The notes under the pieces are model-generated. The model had not been told where the DNA came from and made no database searches. It was given only the letters and a program-made list of their open reading frames with translations. A stretch of DNA of 64,000 bases from the human T2T-CHM13v2.0 reference genome, Homo sapiens, in NCBI RefSeq assembly GCF_009914755.1, contig NC_060935.1, one strand, 5' to 3'. Shown here one piece after another: positions 38,204 through 52,459 of this stretch. Position numbers and translations under genes: made by a program. The number at the start of each line of letters is the position of its first letter. The first letter of the stretch is position 1.

Positions 38204-39629
38204 GTAAGATCACATTGTTGCTTGTCTTTTCTCATAATTGAAGTAGAGTGACATTTGTGGCCTTTTAGTGCTCCATGAAATATAGACAGCCAAGGAACAG
38301 CACAGAAAAGGGATCTCTATCTTAAGCCTGGGATTTGAAGATCTTATTTTGTAAGACTCCCGTCTCCCTCTCATCTATGTCATTTCCTGCCTGTAACCTT
38401 CAGATAAGTAACTTTGTTGTATTCTTTTGTACATTCAGAATACCTTGTTAAGAAGAATAGGCACTACATTTAAATGGTAATGTAGTATCATTATGGTAAT
38501 GGTAATGGTATCAGGTGGACTGACTAGATAAATTTTTGTAGTCTTTCTTGATTGGAATTAGATTGATTTTTTTAATGGGCTCTAGATCTAGTATTCTTTA
38601 TTTTTGACCTATAATATCTTTGTGTCAGACACAAGACACCTATATGATGAATCCTAGGGTACAGGTATACAAAACTTTGTTTAGGAAAAAAAAAATGTTC
38701 TTTGTGCTTCTGTATTGCCACAGTTGAATGCAGTTTAGAAGTGCATTTTATTATTGTCTGAGCCTTGCAGTGAACCTGGACTGTGGTTTACTTACCCTTC
38801 CTGTCATTCTTCTCAAGCAGTGAAAACAGACTCTGGGAAAAGCTACAGCTGTGTCATCAACACAATTGAGGAATATTTGTACAAAGTAAAAGGCAATGTC
38901 CAGATGGGTCCCATCTGTCACATAGAATCAAGGGTTGTTAAGGCTGGGAAGTATCAGAATGGTCATCCAGGCCACTGCTATTCAAACTTTATTTTTAGCA
39001 GAAGCACCCTTTTTTGAAATGGACTTTAAGCAGAACCTCAATGTGTAAAAAACAATTTTTCTCTGGTCAAAGTTGGGGCAGCATTCATTGAACTTTCTCT
39101 ATTCTTCAAAATAGACCCTGAGGAGCTTCTGCAGTGACCTAGGGTTCCTCAGAACTCAGTTTGAAAATCACTATCAAGTCGCTTATTAAAAGAAGCTAAA
39201 TGAATTGTCAAAGGTTACCTTACTGGAATCAGGATTTGACCCTTCTTTGTTATTTTGTTTGTTTGTGTGTTTGCTTTTTACAAACTAGCAAAAACAGTTT
39301 CCTCTCTTTTTTCATTTTCCCTCCCCATATCCTGAGCCTCTTTCTTAGCGCCAAATGTTGTCCCACATCTGCATCTCTTGGTGTGTTCTTCCCTTGGAAA
39401 CTATAGTTTTTAACATCTGCTCTGGAACAACAAGATCTTGTCTAGCTCCTTGTCTACTATGGCTAAAGCCACAGGCACCCAACTTTAAAAGGCATAGGCA
39501 TCTTGCTTTAAACCTACAGGGTTTCAGGGAACCACTTCAGACTCCATCTTTCAACCATTCTCAGGAACAGGCTCCTTCTTTGTTGTGGTTCTTTTCCTTC
39601 CTTCCTCACTCTTCACTCCCTTCCTTTTG

Positions 39630-40140
39630 TTCATTTAACATATATTCGTGACCTACTGTGTGTCTGGCACTGTGCTACATCCTGGGTATATCATGGTGAC
39701 TAAAGCAGGCATAGTTCCTACTCTTGTAGATCCTAAGTGTAGTGGGAGAGGCGAACATGTAACTGGGCAATTACATGGTAGGGAATGTGTTCTGATAAGT
39801 TTAGGCTACTTTAGGAAGGGCTCCTAAGTTAGTCTTGGAGGATAAGGGGAGGCTTACCAGAAAAGGTTATATATAAACAGAGATCTGAAAGGTTGGAGCA
39901 GGGGTTGGTTGTTCTAGGTAGAGTAAACAAATTGTGTGCCAGTTCCAGACAAGAGAGGAATGGAAAAAAGACAGCAGAGCCCAGATCATTTAGGGCCTTA
40001 TAGACCTTCTTAAGGCATTTAAGCGCTATACTGAAGGCAATGGGAAGCTATTAAAGATTTTTAAACAGGAATTAACCTGAACAGATTTGCATTTTAGAAG
40101 TGTCTCCTACCTATGGAATGGAAAATGAATTGGAGGTGGA
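39630..40140 (-). mobile_element. L2 3' remnant
   Basis: ttcatttaaca...cctactgtgtgtctggcactgtgcta...gaaggcaatgggaagcta, typical L2. Confidence 0.6.
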
Positions 40141-40158
40141 TCGAGAGCCTGGGAGACT

Positions 40159-40623
<465 letters not shown>

Positions 40624-42615
40624 AGAGCCTGGGAGACTAGTTAGACTAGGTTATCGATGATGGGAGCCTAAATCAATATCTTCTAGTTACTGGTTCGGTT
40701 TTTATCATTTTCCACAGACCTTTGGTTTAGATGCACTTTAAACTATCTCCTTGGCCCTCCTCCGCCTTTTCTCTCAGGATTAGCTCTAGCTCCTTAAAAT
40801 CCAGTCCAGTCAGAGCCCTAGACTTACTTTCCCAGAAAAAGAGTTCAAACAAGACCATGATAAAGAAAATACCTTGGCAGAGGTAGTGTGCAGACTCCAC
40901 AGGATAGCAGTGGCATTTCTGTCTTAGGAGAGCCGAATTAGGGTGAACACACTCATCTTTATAGCCACATGCCAGAGTCACATTGATTAGAAGAATACAA
41001 GGACTGTATGAAGAGATTAACTCCCTTTAAAGATACTGTTCAGTGTGAGATTCTGGCTTTAGAGTTTAATTGCAGATACCTTTGTATCATTTTGACAAGA
41101 TAATGGAAAGGCATAGCGTTTCTTGTAACCAAGATGTCAGGCCATCTCCCTTGAGCCAGGCTGCTATGGAGGTCAGTAAGGAGTCCATTGGACTAGGAGT
41201 TGACGGATCCCTTTTTGGTACAATAAGTACCAAAAATAAGTGCATGTTCTGATTTGTCAGAAAGGAGGAGGAGGAGTCAGATTTTCTTTTTTAACCTTTA
41301 AATTCCTACTTGTTGGTTCAATTCACTTTATTTGTATTAAACTACCATTTGGCTCAATTTATTCTGATTAACCCTTCAAGGCAAATTGCCTTTGATCTGA
41401 AATTTTTCTCATTTATGATACATACTTTACCCTTTCAACAAGCCAAATAGAGTTTTGTTCCAAGGGCTTCTGTATTGCTGACAGTACTAAATTAGAGTTT
41501 GATGTATAAGGAACGCAGAAAGGAAGTGTGGGAGTCCCTACACAAGGGATGGATGAGAAATGAAGCCGGAGACACTGAGTTCCAGTTCTGCTTGGATCAT
41601 TATGCCTGTGTCTCCTTTGCTAGCATTCTTTTCACACAGCCACTTCTCTACTGCCTACATAGAAGTTCAAAGAGAATTAGATTCCAACCAGTCTCCATGG
41701 TGGAAGGAAAAAAGAAAAACTCCTGTCCTATGGAAACATATTTGTCTATAATGGATCTTCCTCCCTCTCTACTAGCTGGAGTGTCTTGCCTTTTTTCCTC
41801 TTTTCTGTTTTGATTTCCCAGTTGTTTGATATTAGGGGACCAAATGTTGTGCTTTTAGTCATGTCTGTTCCTTGCCCTAAATTTCATTGTGCAGTTATTC
41901 TGCTAATTTACCACAATCATAATCATAGCTACCATTTATTGACAGTTCATTATGTCCAAAGTGCTTTATATATATTCTAATTTAATCTACATGCAAACCT
42001 CATGATATAGTTATTAGCCCACTTGTCAAATGAAGAAATTAATGCCTTGAGAGATTAATTTGCCTTAGATCACATGGCTAGTAAGTGGCAGAGCTATGAC
42101 TTGAATCTAGTCTGGCTTCAGAGTTTAACCACCAAGTGCTCTCAGCCACCATGTGGACTATCTTCAAAATGGCAGCATGCTTCTCTCTGTGACCCTATAC
42201 AAAAGCCAAGAGGATTCACACACAGTCCTCAGAATATGACTGGTCTTGTTCCTCTAACCTGGGAGTTCTTCAATTGCTTTGACATTGAATTGCTGTGGCC
42301 CCTGTTTTCTGCAGGTTGCTTCCGCTCTCAGCCTCTGTCATTATAAAGGGAATGTCTTTGTCTCATTCTCACACAGTATCCTCTGAGGGTTAGCAGAAAA
42401 AGGGGTGCTCCCTGGGGAGCAGCCAACTAAGCCTGCCTTTGACTCCACAGAATAGCTGTCTGATGCCTCTCAAACTGGTATCTTACTCCTCAGATCCATG
42501 ATACACAGTCATATAGCTGGCAAGAATTCTTGGAGGGCATGGAGAAACAAAAGTCCTAATATGTAAAACATGTGTATTAACTGCTGTGGAGTCATCATTT
42601 AAGAGAGTGTCTTTG

Positions 42616-42877
42616 ACTTTGGGAGACTGACCCTGATCACGAGGTCAGGAGATCGAGACCATCCTGGCCAACATGGTGAAACCCCGTCTCTATGAAAAAT
42701 ACAAAAATTAGCTGGGCATGGTGGCGTGTGCCTATAATCCCAGCTACTTGGGAGGCTGAGGCAGGAGACTCACTTGAGCCAGGGAGTCAGAGGTTGCAGT
42801 GAGCCGAGATCGTGCCACTGCAGTCCAGCCTGGTGACAGAGCAAGACTCTGTCTAAAAAAAAAAAAAAAAAAAAAAA
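42616..42877 (+). mobile_element. 5'-truncated AluSc-like element
   Basis: gatcacgaggtcaggagatcgagaccatcctggccaac and a long A tail. Confidence 0.85.
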
Positions 42878-44674
42878 GGTACCTTTGAAGCCCAGAGTGA
42901 TTTTTTTTTTTTTTCCTAAGCAGAAAAGCAATTTACACTTTTGGCATCAATTTTCTGCCTTCTCTGTGCTATTATGAGAGATCTTGTGTTCACTCCCTCA
43001 CAGGTTGGCTCCTTCTCTACTCCTGCTGGAGCCTGCTGAGAAGTAATATATATCCTAGGAGAGGGGGTGGCAATAGGATCTGTTGGCGTAAAAGCTGTTG
43101 TGTAGTGGTAGGAAGTCAGAGAGGGAAAAGACCCTTAAACTCTTGTGCTTAGAGGAGAAGGAGGAAGATCAGGATTAGATTTTGATTTGCTATTGAGGTT
43201 TTCTGTAATTTTTTTTAACCTAAGAGGAAAATGGCTTTTTAATAGTAACACCACACTTGGAACTTCTGTAGAATTTTTCATCTTCAAAGCTGGCTGTTAT
43301 TCAGGCAAAAAGCTCCTGCTGAGATCACTGTGAATCTGACCCATACCGATTCTGCGATCAAACAGGAAGCGTGTTCTGAAGGAGTAGGAGCTGAAGGAGA
43401 GTCAGCAGACCTAGCTTCTATTTTTGATTCTGTCTGTGACTGACTGTGTGACCTTGGGCAAGTCATTTAACATCCTTGTACTCTTATTTTTAGTTCCCTG
43501 TAAATATTATCCTCACCCCTCTTCACTCTTTCCTCCACCTAGTTTTGGGGATATCCTTGTGAGAAGGAATACAAGTCTTTTATCACATATGGAGTGGGAA
43601 CAACCTGCTTACAGATTCTATAATTTGGTGGGTTTTTTTTCCTCAATTTTGTTTCTTTAAAAATTATCTTGGGTCTGTATTCTAGGTACTTTTTTTCCCC
43701 CTCTAAATGAATAACCATATGTTCTTAGATATGGCATTTCTCTTTCTATTTAGGTTGTAGAGATGAAAGAGGACTAAGTTAGTGATACGCTTAGGTTTCT
43801 TTTGTCTTCTGATTGCAAATTTGTGGTTTGGTTGTTGCGTTGTCTTCATTGCAGGAAGTCTATCTGGAAGCTGAAGAAAATGGCTGTGATACTTGTGATA
43901 TGGAATGGAACTATCAGGACTGCTTATTATGCAAAGTGGGGTGCCAACATCTAAGTTGGCCTTCAGCATACAGAGTCTCTTAATTGTCACATTTCCCTGT
44001 TATGGAACCTGAGTTGACCTTATTTTTCCATGCTAAGGATTGTTTATCCCTCACTTAAGTCAGATGAAAGTTGAAGCCACACTATGCATTGTGCTGCCTG
44101 TCTATACCCAAAGCATACCTCCTTGCTAAAATAATTGATTCAGAAATTTGCCCGTAAGAGTCACAACTTTATTTTGTGCATGTTAGTATATTAACCAGAG
44201 ATTCCATTCACAGCTGGAAAATTCAGCTGAAGTGCCTCTAGCTTATTGCATCTGCCTCCACCTGGAAATGTTGACTAGAAGCAGCCTATATTTTTAACAT
44301 ACATCTACCTACTTTATAATGCTAAGAAAAAAGGGCCCAAGAGGAAGGGGCATGGATGCCACTTTGCATGCTATGGTTTAACTCTAATCAATTTGTTTGC
44401 CATCCGGTACAGTAGTTACGATGCTTGGCAGGCTAACCTTGTTTATATATTTGGCCTCGGAACTTATCAGGATAACATTTCCCACTAGGAGCTCTATTCC
44501 CTAACCTCTCAGACAACAAAGATTGCAGAGGAATTCTTTCTTTCAACAAACATCTTAGAGCGCCTAATGCCAGGCCCTCTGCTAGGCCTTAGGGATATGG
44601 ATATAACTAAGACTTTGTTCCTGCATTTAAAGATCTCAAAATCTAGTTTGAAAGAGAGCTAAATAAACCATTTT

Positions 44675-45000
44675 AATTTTATCTATCTATCTATTTATTT
44701 ATTTATGAGACAGGGACTTGCTTTGTCACCTAGGCTAGAGTGTAATAGTACAATCACAGCTCACCGCAGCCTCAACCTCCCTGGCTTAAGTGATCCTCCC
44801 AACTCAGCCTCCCACCCCCATCAGCGAGTAGCTGGGACAATAGGTTCATGCCACCATGCCTGGCTAATTTTTTTATTTTTTGTAGAGATGAAGTCTCACT
44901 TTGTTCCCCAAGCTGGTTTTGAACTACTGGGGTCAAGTGATCCTCCTGCTTCGGCCTCCCAAAGTGCTGAGAATACAGGCATGAGCCACCACATCTAGCC
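44675..45000 (-). mobile_element. AluJ
   Basis: Full dimer whose tail has degenerated to (TCTA)/(TTTA) repeats. Confidence 0.85.
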
Positions 45001-45109
45001 AGCAATTTAAATTTTATATTTAAGTGCAGTGTAATAATTATTATGATAAATTATAAAGAAGCATTGAGTGCCAACTATATGTGAGGAAGTATTTTAAACA
45101 TTTACATAT

Positions 45110-45615
45110 ATTATCTATATATATGGATATATATATATATGGTCTATATATATAGGACAACAGTCCTAATAATTAATGTTAATATATTAATATTATATTA
45201 AATATAATTATATTAATTACAATTAATATAATTATATTAATTGTATTATATATAATTATATTAAATATAATTATATTAATTGTATTATATATAATTATAT
45301 TAATTATATTAATTGTATTATATATAATTATATTAATTATATTAATTGTATTATATATAATTATATTAATTATATTAATTGTATTTTATATATAATTATA
45401 TTAATTGTATTATATATAATTATATTAATTGTATTATATATAATTATATTAAATATAATTATATTAACTATATTAAATATAATTATATTAAATATAATTA
45501 TATTAATGTTATATGTTATGTATTATATATTACATATAAATATACAATTATATTAATATTATATTAAATATAATTATAATATTAATTATACATTAATATC
45601 ATTAATATATTATTT
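45110..45615. repeat. AT-rich minisatellite / low-complexity expansion inside a MIR
   Basis: Repeated units TTAATTATA and TTAATTGTATTATATATAATTATA. MIR-like halves at ~45055-45110 and ~45615-45755. Confidence 0.85.
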
Positions 45616-46945
45616 TTATTTCTAATTTGAATGAAAAAACTGAGTCGCAGAGAGGTTATACACTCATGAGGTCACACAGCTAAAAAGTGGTAGAGCCAGC
45701 ATTCAAACTCAAGTAGTCTGACTCCAGACTGCAAGCTCTTAACTATTGCAGTATAATGATTCTCTGAAAAAAATGTTGGATGTAGAGTAGGTTCCAACTA
45801 ACTCAGGATAAAGAATCAGAAAATATAGCGTTTCTTCTGGACCTTGACAAATGGATAGGTCTAGGCTTCTTCAGATTGGAAAAACAGGAAAGCTGTCTAA
45901 GCAAAGAGGTAAGTAGGAAGGCTCAAGGAGTGAAAACACATGTGCTGTGCGGGGAATGGTGAATAACTGCATGACTGGCCTGGGGTAGGAGACTAGACTA
46001 GAAGGTGGGTTGAGTCCAGCTTGTAAAGGGTGAAGTGTACCATGTTGAGGCACCAGAAGTTGTTACTGTTTTCTGTTACGCTTTACCTCTTGACTACAGC
46101 ATTGCCCCCTTATAGAAGAAATGGACAGACTTCTGAATCTTACAGGTTTCTTCCTCCAGTCACATCTCATGATTTGTTATGGGTAAATTGCTTTCTTTAC
46201 ATTTTTGTTTCCCCATCAAAATCTCACATCTTACTATACTTAAAGGACAAATATGTTTTGAAGCATTTAAAGTATTCCCCTTTTGGGGGTTGCTCTTTTA
46301 GTTGGAAAACTAAGCAACTGAGGTAAAGTAGTTGTAGAAGGGAATTGTCTATTTGATTTGTGTCTGTTTTGATAGCTTCTGCCTTCCTCTAATTTATTCT
46401 TTCTTTTCTTTTTTTCCACCACGTTTATTACATAAAAGACACTGATATTCTATTCCATCATTATCATCACTAATGTTTGTGACCCACTAAAATGATTTCC
46501 CAGCTCATCAGTGGGTTACAATCCATGGTTTGAAAAACACTGCAGCAAATTTTATGCTAATCTGCCATGGATACAGGGTTACCATGTCCATGATACCTTG
46601 GCGTGAACTAGAAAAAGGTGCCCTTTCCTCAAGATGCCTAATTCCATCTGCCAAAAAATTGTCGTAATGTGCTGACTTTGTTAGAGTAGGATACTATCAT
46701 ATGCCAGAGAATAGTTAAAAATAAGTAAAACTTGATGTCAACATTATGAATGGTGTGCCCAGTAAATAATTATGTTGTAAGCACCCTGTGCACAACTGTA
46801 CATATTTGCCCTAGTGTACACTAAACCACATGACAAAATAGGTTGGAGGTGTTTGTTCAATGGATAAATTATCTCAGAGTACCTGTATACCAGGGATTTG
46901 TGACAGCTGTTTTGCCTTCTTAGGGCTTTTCTGCTCATTTCCCTA

Positions 46946-47310
46946 TTAGAGTAGCCAGATAAAATACAGAACACCCTTTTTAACTGGAATTTATATAAAC
47001 AACAAAAAAAATTAGTATGAGTATGTGCTACACAATATTTGGAAGATACTCATGCTAAAAAATTCATTATGTATTTCAGAATTGCTAAAAGATTATATCT
47101 TAAATGTTCTTAACACAAAAAATAAGTATGTGAAGTCATGGATATATTAACTAGCTTTACGTAATTGTTCCACAATATTTACACATATCAAACATCACAT
47201 TGTATCCTATAAATATACACAATTCTTATTTGTCAATAACATTTAAAAATTAAGAAATATTTAAAAACATTCACTGTTATCTGAAATTTAAATTTAACTG
47301 GGCACCCTGT
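46946..47310. mobile_element. MER53-like hAT MITE interrupted by an L1MA 3' end (~47068-47262, + strand)
   Basis: gccagataaaatacag...aaaaattcatt [L1MA 3' end] aaaacattcactgttatctgaaatttaaatttaactgggc. Confidence 0.6.
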
Positions 47311-48212
47311 TTTTTTTTTTATTTCTTCTTCAGTGTTTAAGTTCAGGGGTACATGTGCAGGACGTGCAGGTTTGTTACATAGGTAAACGTGTGCCATGCT
47401 GGTTTGCTGCACAGATCGTCCCATCGCTTAGGTATTAAGCCCAGCATCCATTAGCTATTCTTCCTGATGCTCTTCTTCCTCCCACACCCAACCCTCTGAC
47501 AGGCCCCAATTTGTGGTGTTCCCCCCATGAGTCCATGTGTTCTCATCATTCAGCTCCCACTTAAAGTGAGAATGTGCAGTGCTTGGTTTTCTGTTCCTAT
47601 GTTAGTTTCCTGAGGATAATGGCTTCCAACTCCATCCATGCCCCTGAAAAGGACATGATCTCATTCCTTTCTGTGGCTGCATAGTATTCCATGGTGTATA
47701 TGTATCACATTTTCTTTATCCAGTCTATCAGTGATGGACATTTGGGTTGATTCCATGTCTTTGCTATTGTGAATATTGCTGCAATGAATATATGCATGCA
47801 TGTATCTTTATAATAGAATGATTTATATTCCTTTGGGTATATGCTAAATAATGGGATTGCTGGGTCAAATGGTATTTCTGGTTCTAGGTCTTTGAGGAAT
47901 CACCACACACTCTTCCACAATGGTTGAAGTAATTTACACTCCCACCAACAGGTTTTTCTCTGCACCTTGCCAGAATCTGTTATTCTGACTGGTGTGAGAT
48001 GGTATCTCATTGTAATTTTGATTTGCATTTCTCTAATGATCAGTGATATTGAGCTTTTTTGTTTGTTGGCTACTTGTATGTCTTCTTTGGAGAAGGGCGT
48101 ATTCATGCCCACTTTTTAATGGGGTTGTTTTTTTCTTGTAAATTTGTTTAAGTTCCATGTAGACTCTAGATATTAGGCCTTTGTCAGATGGATAGATTGG
48201 AAAAATTTTCTC
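47310..48212 (-). mobile_element. 5'-truncated older L1PA (L1PA8-11-like)
   Basis: T tail, caggggtacatgtgcaggacgtgcaggtttgttacatagg, and ORF2 C-terminal peptide. Confidence 0.8.
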
Positions 48213-48249
48213 CTGTCTTCCTCTAATTTAAAGTCAAGTTTGGAAAGCA

Positions 48250-48743
48250 CAGTAAGTCCTCACTTAACATCATTCATAGGTTCTTGGAAACAGCAGCTTT
48301 AAGTGAAATGATGTATAACGAAACCAATTTTACCATAGACCAGTTGATATAAACAAGAGTTAAGAAAGATTTAAGAACGATTAATAAAACAAGCAAGATA
48401 ATTATTTACCCCATTATTCCAGTTCACAGTCATGAGTGGCTGGAGCAGCTCAGGGCACAAAGTGGGAACCTGCCCTGGCCAGGATGCCATTTCATTGCAG
48501 GCTGCACTCACACCCACACTCACTCAGACTATGACAATTTAGACACACCAGTTCACCTAAGGTGCACATCTTTGAGATGTGGGAGGAAACCAGAGTACCT
48601 GGAGAAAACCCATGCAGACATGGGGAGAAAGTACAAACTCCACACACAGTGGCCCGGACTGGGAATCCCCCCGCCTTTATTTTTCCTCATCAACATTATA
48701 AAAAAAAAAGTTGAATGAAAAGACTCTATTCAAGGACCTGCTG
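48250..48743 (-). mobile_element. MER6A-like Tigger/mariner-group DNA transposon
   Basis: Ends cagtaagtcctcacttaac and caaggacctgctg, with characteristic internal gatgtgggaggaaaccagagtacctggagaaaaccca. Confidence 0.75.
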
Positions 48744-50575
48744 TAGTTTAGTTCCTTCTAAATTAATGGAGAAAAGCAACATTGAAGCACCATCTTCCAA
48801 ATAGATTTAAGGATTTAGAGGTTTTCCTTAAAAGGTAATCAAACAATTAAGTTGATGTGAAGGAATGCCACATTGGTCCCTGAGTTAGATCCAATGCTGA
48901 GGAGTCTAGCTGCAGCCTAATTCTCTTCTTCCTTATTTGTCTTCATAGCTATTTTGGATTAGCACTAAGCAGAGTGGATTTTAGGAAGTCACACAACTTC
49001 AGTCTATGTTTTAAGAATAACTAAATTTGATGTCCTTGGTTATGCCTCCCTCACCTGTGGACAGCCACAGCAAAATTGGTGGTGATGGTGTCTTTTTCAT
49101 TTTAGGAGAAACCTGCTGGTCTTAAGCATCTTGTCACATTTTTTCCCAGTGAGAGGCAGGCAAGAGGTCAGTAATTCTATTTTCCCAGCAGCTTCCGGGG
49201 GTCCTTCTTTTTTTTTTTTTTTTTTTTTTTTTGTAGCTCTATGTCACTGAACTGCAGTTACCTCTTTATCCAGAAGCTGAAACAGCAGGCATCTGTAACT
49301 CATGCTGGCAGCATATGCTGGTGGAGTTTTTTGTTTGTTTGTTTTCTTTCCTAGATGATGTGAAGTTCAGAGTCGATGAGTGCAGATTTTCTTAAAATTA
49401 GAACTGTAGGGAGGTGGCTTCAGAACTTTAAGAAATGTAGCCAAAGGCTGAGTTACAACTGGAGTACCCTAAATGGTGAGGTTTTACAAACCATGAGGCA
49501 AATTCATGTGCCTATACTTGTTTGGACCCAGGACCTAAACATGAATGGTTGCAGGTTCATAAAATAAATGCTTTCTTGTCTATAAGCAGGGAGTTCAGCG
49601 AAGAAAAACATTTTCTTATATAAATGCCTCATTCCTTCTTAGCACCACTACCAGTTGTTCCCTGTAGGTTCGCAATGTGGTTATAAAATGGAAAGGCATT
49701 TTGTTTTCTTGGTGAGTACATGTCTTACCCTCTGGTTTCATCATTTCTATTTAGAGGGAAGTGAGATTGAGCATGAGAAAAACAGTGCAAAGAGGGAGAA
49801 CCTGACAGAGTTGCAGCAAAAGCAGGGAGAGAGGCATTTCTCAGCTGCTAGATGCATCTTGGTCTAGATACTTTGGGACAGCTGCCATTTTCTCCCACCT
49901 GTACAGGTATTATTGTCTCTCATACAAAGACTAGTTAAAACTCACTAAGCTGCCAACTTCTCGCTACCTTTCAGGATTGTCCAGGGTTAATAGTTATCCA
50001 GCAGTAATACCTGCCTGTGTATTGAACATTAACTAGGAGCTAGATCTACATATATAATTTCAAAGTTTTAAAACAACTCTGTGAGGACAGTTATTCTAAT
50101 CCCATTTTTGTTTGTGTATATGAAGATAGTGATGTTATAAGAAATTAAGTGACTAAGCCGTGATCACACAGTTAGAAAGTGACTCAACCTGGATTAGAAC
50201 CCAGATCTATCAGGGTTAAAATTCTATGCTTCCAACTATTATACTGTACTGCCTTTGTCAGAAGATGGAAGATTCATATCTTCCAACCTCATGGCCAGGA
50301 AAAAGTAAAGCTGATGGATGGAATTATGACAAGCCAACAGGGATTTGGTACTTTTATGAGAAAATTTTTTCATTTTCTTTGTTGAATGTCAACAAGCAGT
50401 TTGTCTGAGAAGAAAGTTGAGGTGGGGCTTGCCAGGAAAGTGCCTAAGGTGGAATGAACAGGAACTTCTCTCCCCAGACAGGTAAACATTAGTTTACTCA
50501 CTGGCTGTGGAGCCATCAGCTGCCATTGCCTCTTCTGAAAGAGCCACTGTTCACCAAGTGGCAGGTGCAGGCCAA

Positions 50576-50593
50576 CTGTTACCATGGCAACAG
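50576..50593. promoter_or_regulatory. RFX X-box motif in non-repetitive sequence
   Basis: ctGTTACCATGGCAACag, a near-perfect palindrome. FOX motif GTAAACA at 50482. Confidence 0.5.
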
Positions 50594-52166
50594 CAGGAGA
50601 GGCAAGCAGTTTAATTCCAGAACTGATAATTAACTGGGGGGTACGGTGCGGGGCAGGGAGAAAAATGGGGGGATAATTGTTGCAGGAGGGAAAACTTAGC
50701 AATTACCGGCAAGTTGCATAGATGAAAAGGCCAGGCACAGATGCTCCAGCCCAGCATGCTACTAGCTTTTGGCACTCGTTCCCTCAGGTTAGGAATTTTT
50801 GATACACTAAAGTGAAGGGTTGAATCCCTAGCCAACCAAGTCTTTTTAAGGAATCGCCTGAGGAAAGAAGATTGTCACGTAGGCTGTGAAAAGAAATACA
50901 GGGGGCCACATGAATGACTACCTGAAATTATACCACTCACCCAGAAGTGACCCAGAAATCCTATCTAAACTCTGCAGGAGGGATTCATACTTGGTAATAA
51001 AATAGGACCCATAAAGCATACTTGTTGTGGGTGTCTACTTCTTTGGGTCGAATAGGGGAAAGTGGCTTGTTAGAAAATAAAAGGAGGACTCGAGGAAGTG
51101 ATGAACTTGTTTAGGTACTTAATCATCATAGCTATTAGTCCATCAACCCTTCAGAGACTGTGTTAATGAAAGTAGCCAGCACTCACATGGATGATTATCT
51201 ATCTCATTTAATCCTCAAAACAATTTAGGAAAAACATGCTATTAATATTCTCATAACAGACTCAGAGATGTTCAGTACCTTGACCAAGGTCATAGAGCTA
51301 GTAAGTTAATGTACTGAATCTTATCCTATTGGGTTGTATTTTTAAAATAGAACCTATACTATTCTATAGAGAAATCGTGGTCCCAATCTACAACAAAATC
51401 AGACTTAAGCAGATATAAACAATTTATAATAAAAAGGAAAATATTTTTTCTAGTAAAACAAGGTTAGCTGCAAAATAAAATATCCCGAATGAACAATGTT
51501 GGAGAATATCCTTTTCTTTTGAGATCTATCAGGCTCATAGCTCAAGATTAGCCCTATGTCCCAAGCCCTGATCAGGTGAATAATGTGAGTCATGATTCTT
51601 TCCTAACTTGGTTCTATGGCTCAGGTGGGGTAAAGCTCAGAAGAAGAGGAGGTTTGTTGACATTAAGCAATGCAGAGGCTGTCCAAAACTCATCTAAATG
51701 ATCTGTTAGAACCAAACTTCCATGATGTATGTATTTTTCATGGGAAAAAATGCCATAATATACAGCAAGACTTCCCTGTATTCCTTGGTGTGTGTATGTG
51801 TATGTTAGAGAGAGAGAGAGAGACAGAAACAGATATTTTACTTTGAAACAGTGAGTCTCAGTTGGAGGAGAAACATGGCATTCATTCAGCAGAGTTTTTA
51901 GAGCACCTGCTTCATTCTAGCATTGTCTTTGGTGCTAGGGATATAACTGTAGAGAAAACATTCAAAGTCCCAGCCTTCAAAGAACTTATGCTATAGAATC
52001 TTAAGAAAAGGTAAAGGAAGGTAAGTGATGTGTAATTTAAAAGCACATTTTAAGGAGACTCATTAATCCTTCTTTCAAAATCTGTTATAGAAAATAAAAC
52101 TTACCCAGTCCTTCTGGCTGGTAGGAAGATATACAAAAGATAGAATAAGAATAAGAGAGCAGTAGA

Positions 52167-52459
52167 GGCCGGGTGCTACAGCTCACTCCTGTAATCCCAG
52201 CACTTTGAGAGGCCTAGGCAGGTGAATTGATTGAGGCCAGGAGTTCCAGACCAGCCTGGCCAACATGGCAAAACCCCGTCTCTACTAAAAATACAAAAAT
52301 TAGCCAGGCATGGTTGCACACACCTGTAATCCCACCTACTCAGGAGGCTGAGGCACCATAATTGCTTGAACCGCGAGGCGGGATTGCAGTGAGCCGAGAT
52401 CGTGCCACTGCACTCCAGCCTGGCCAGTGAAGCAAGACTCCATCCTAAAACAAACAAAC
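52167..52459 (+). mobile_element. AluS
   Basis: Full dimer with TSD agagcagtaga. Confidence 0.9.

Noticed and set aside
45170-45600. CRISPR-like repeat-spacer array
   Set aside because: Eukaryotic AT-rich minisatellite without unique spacers or cas genes.
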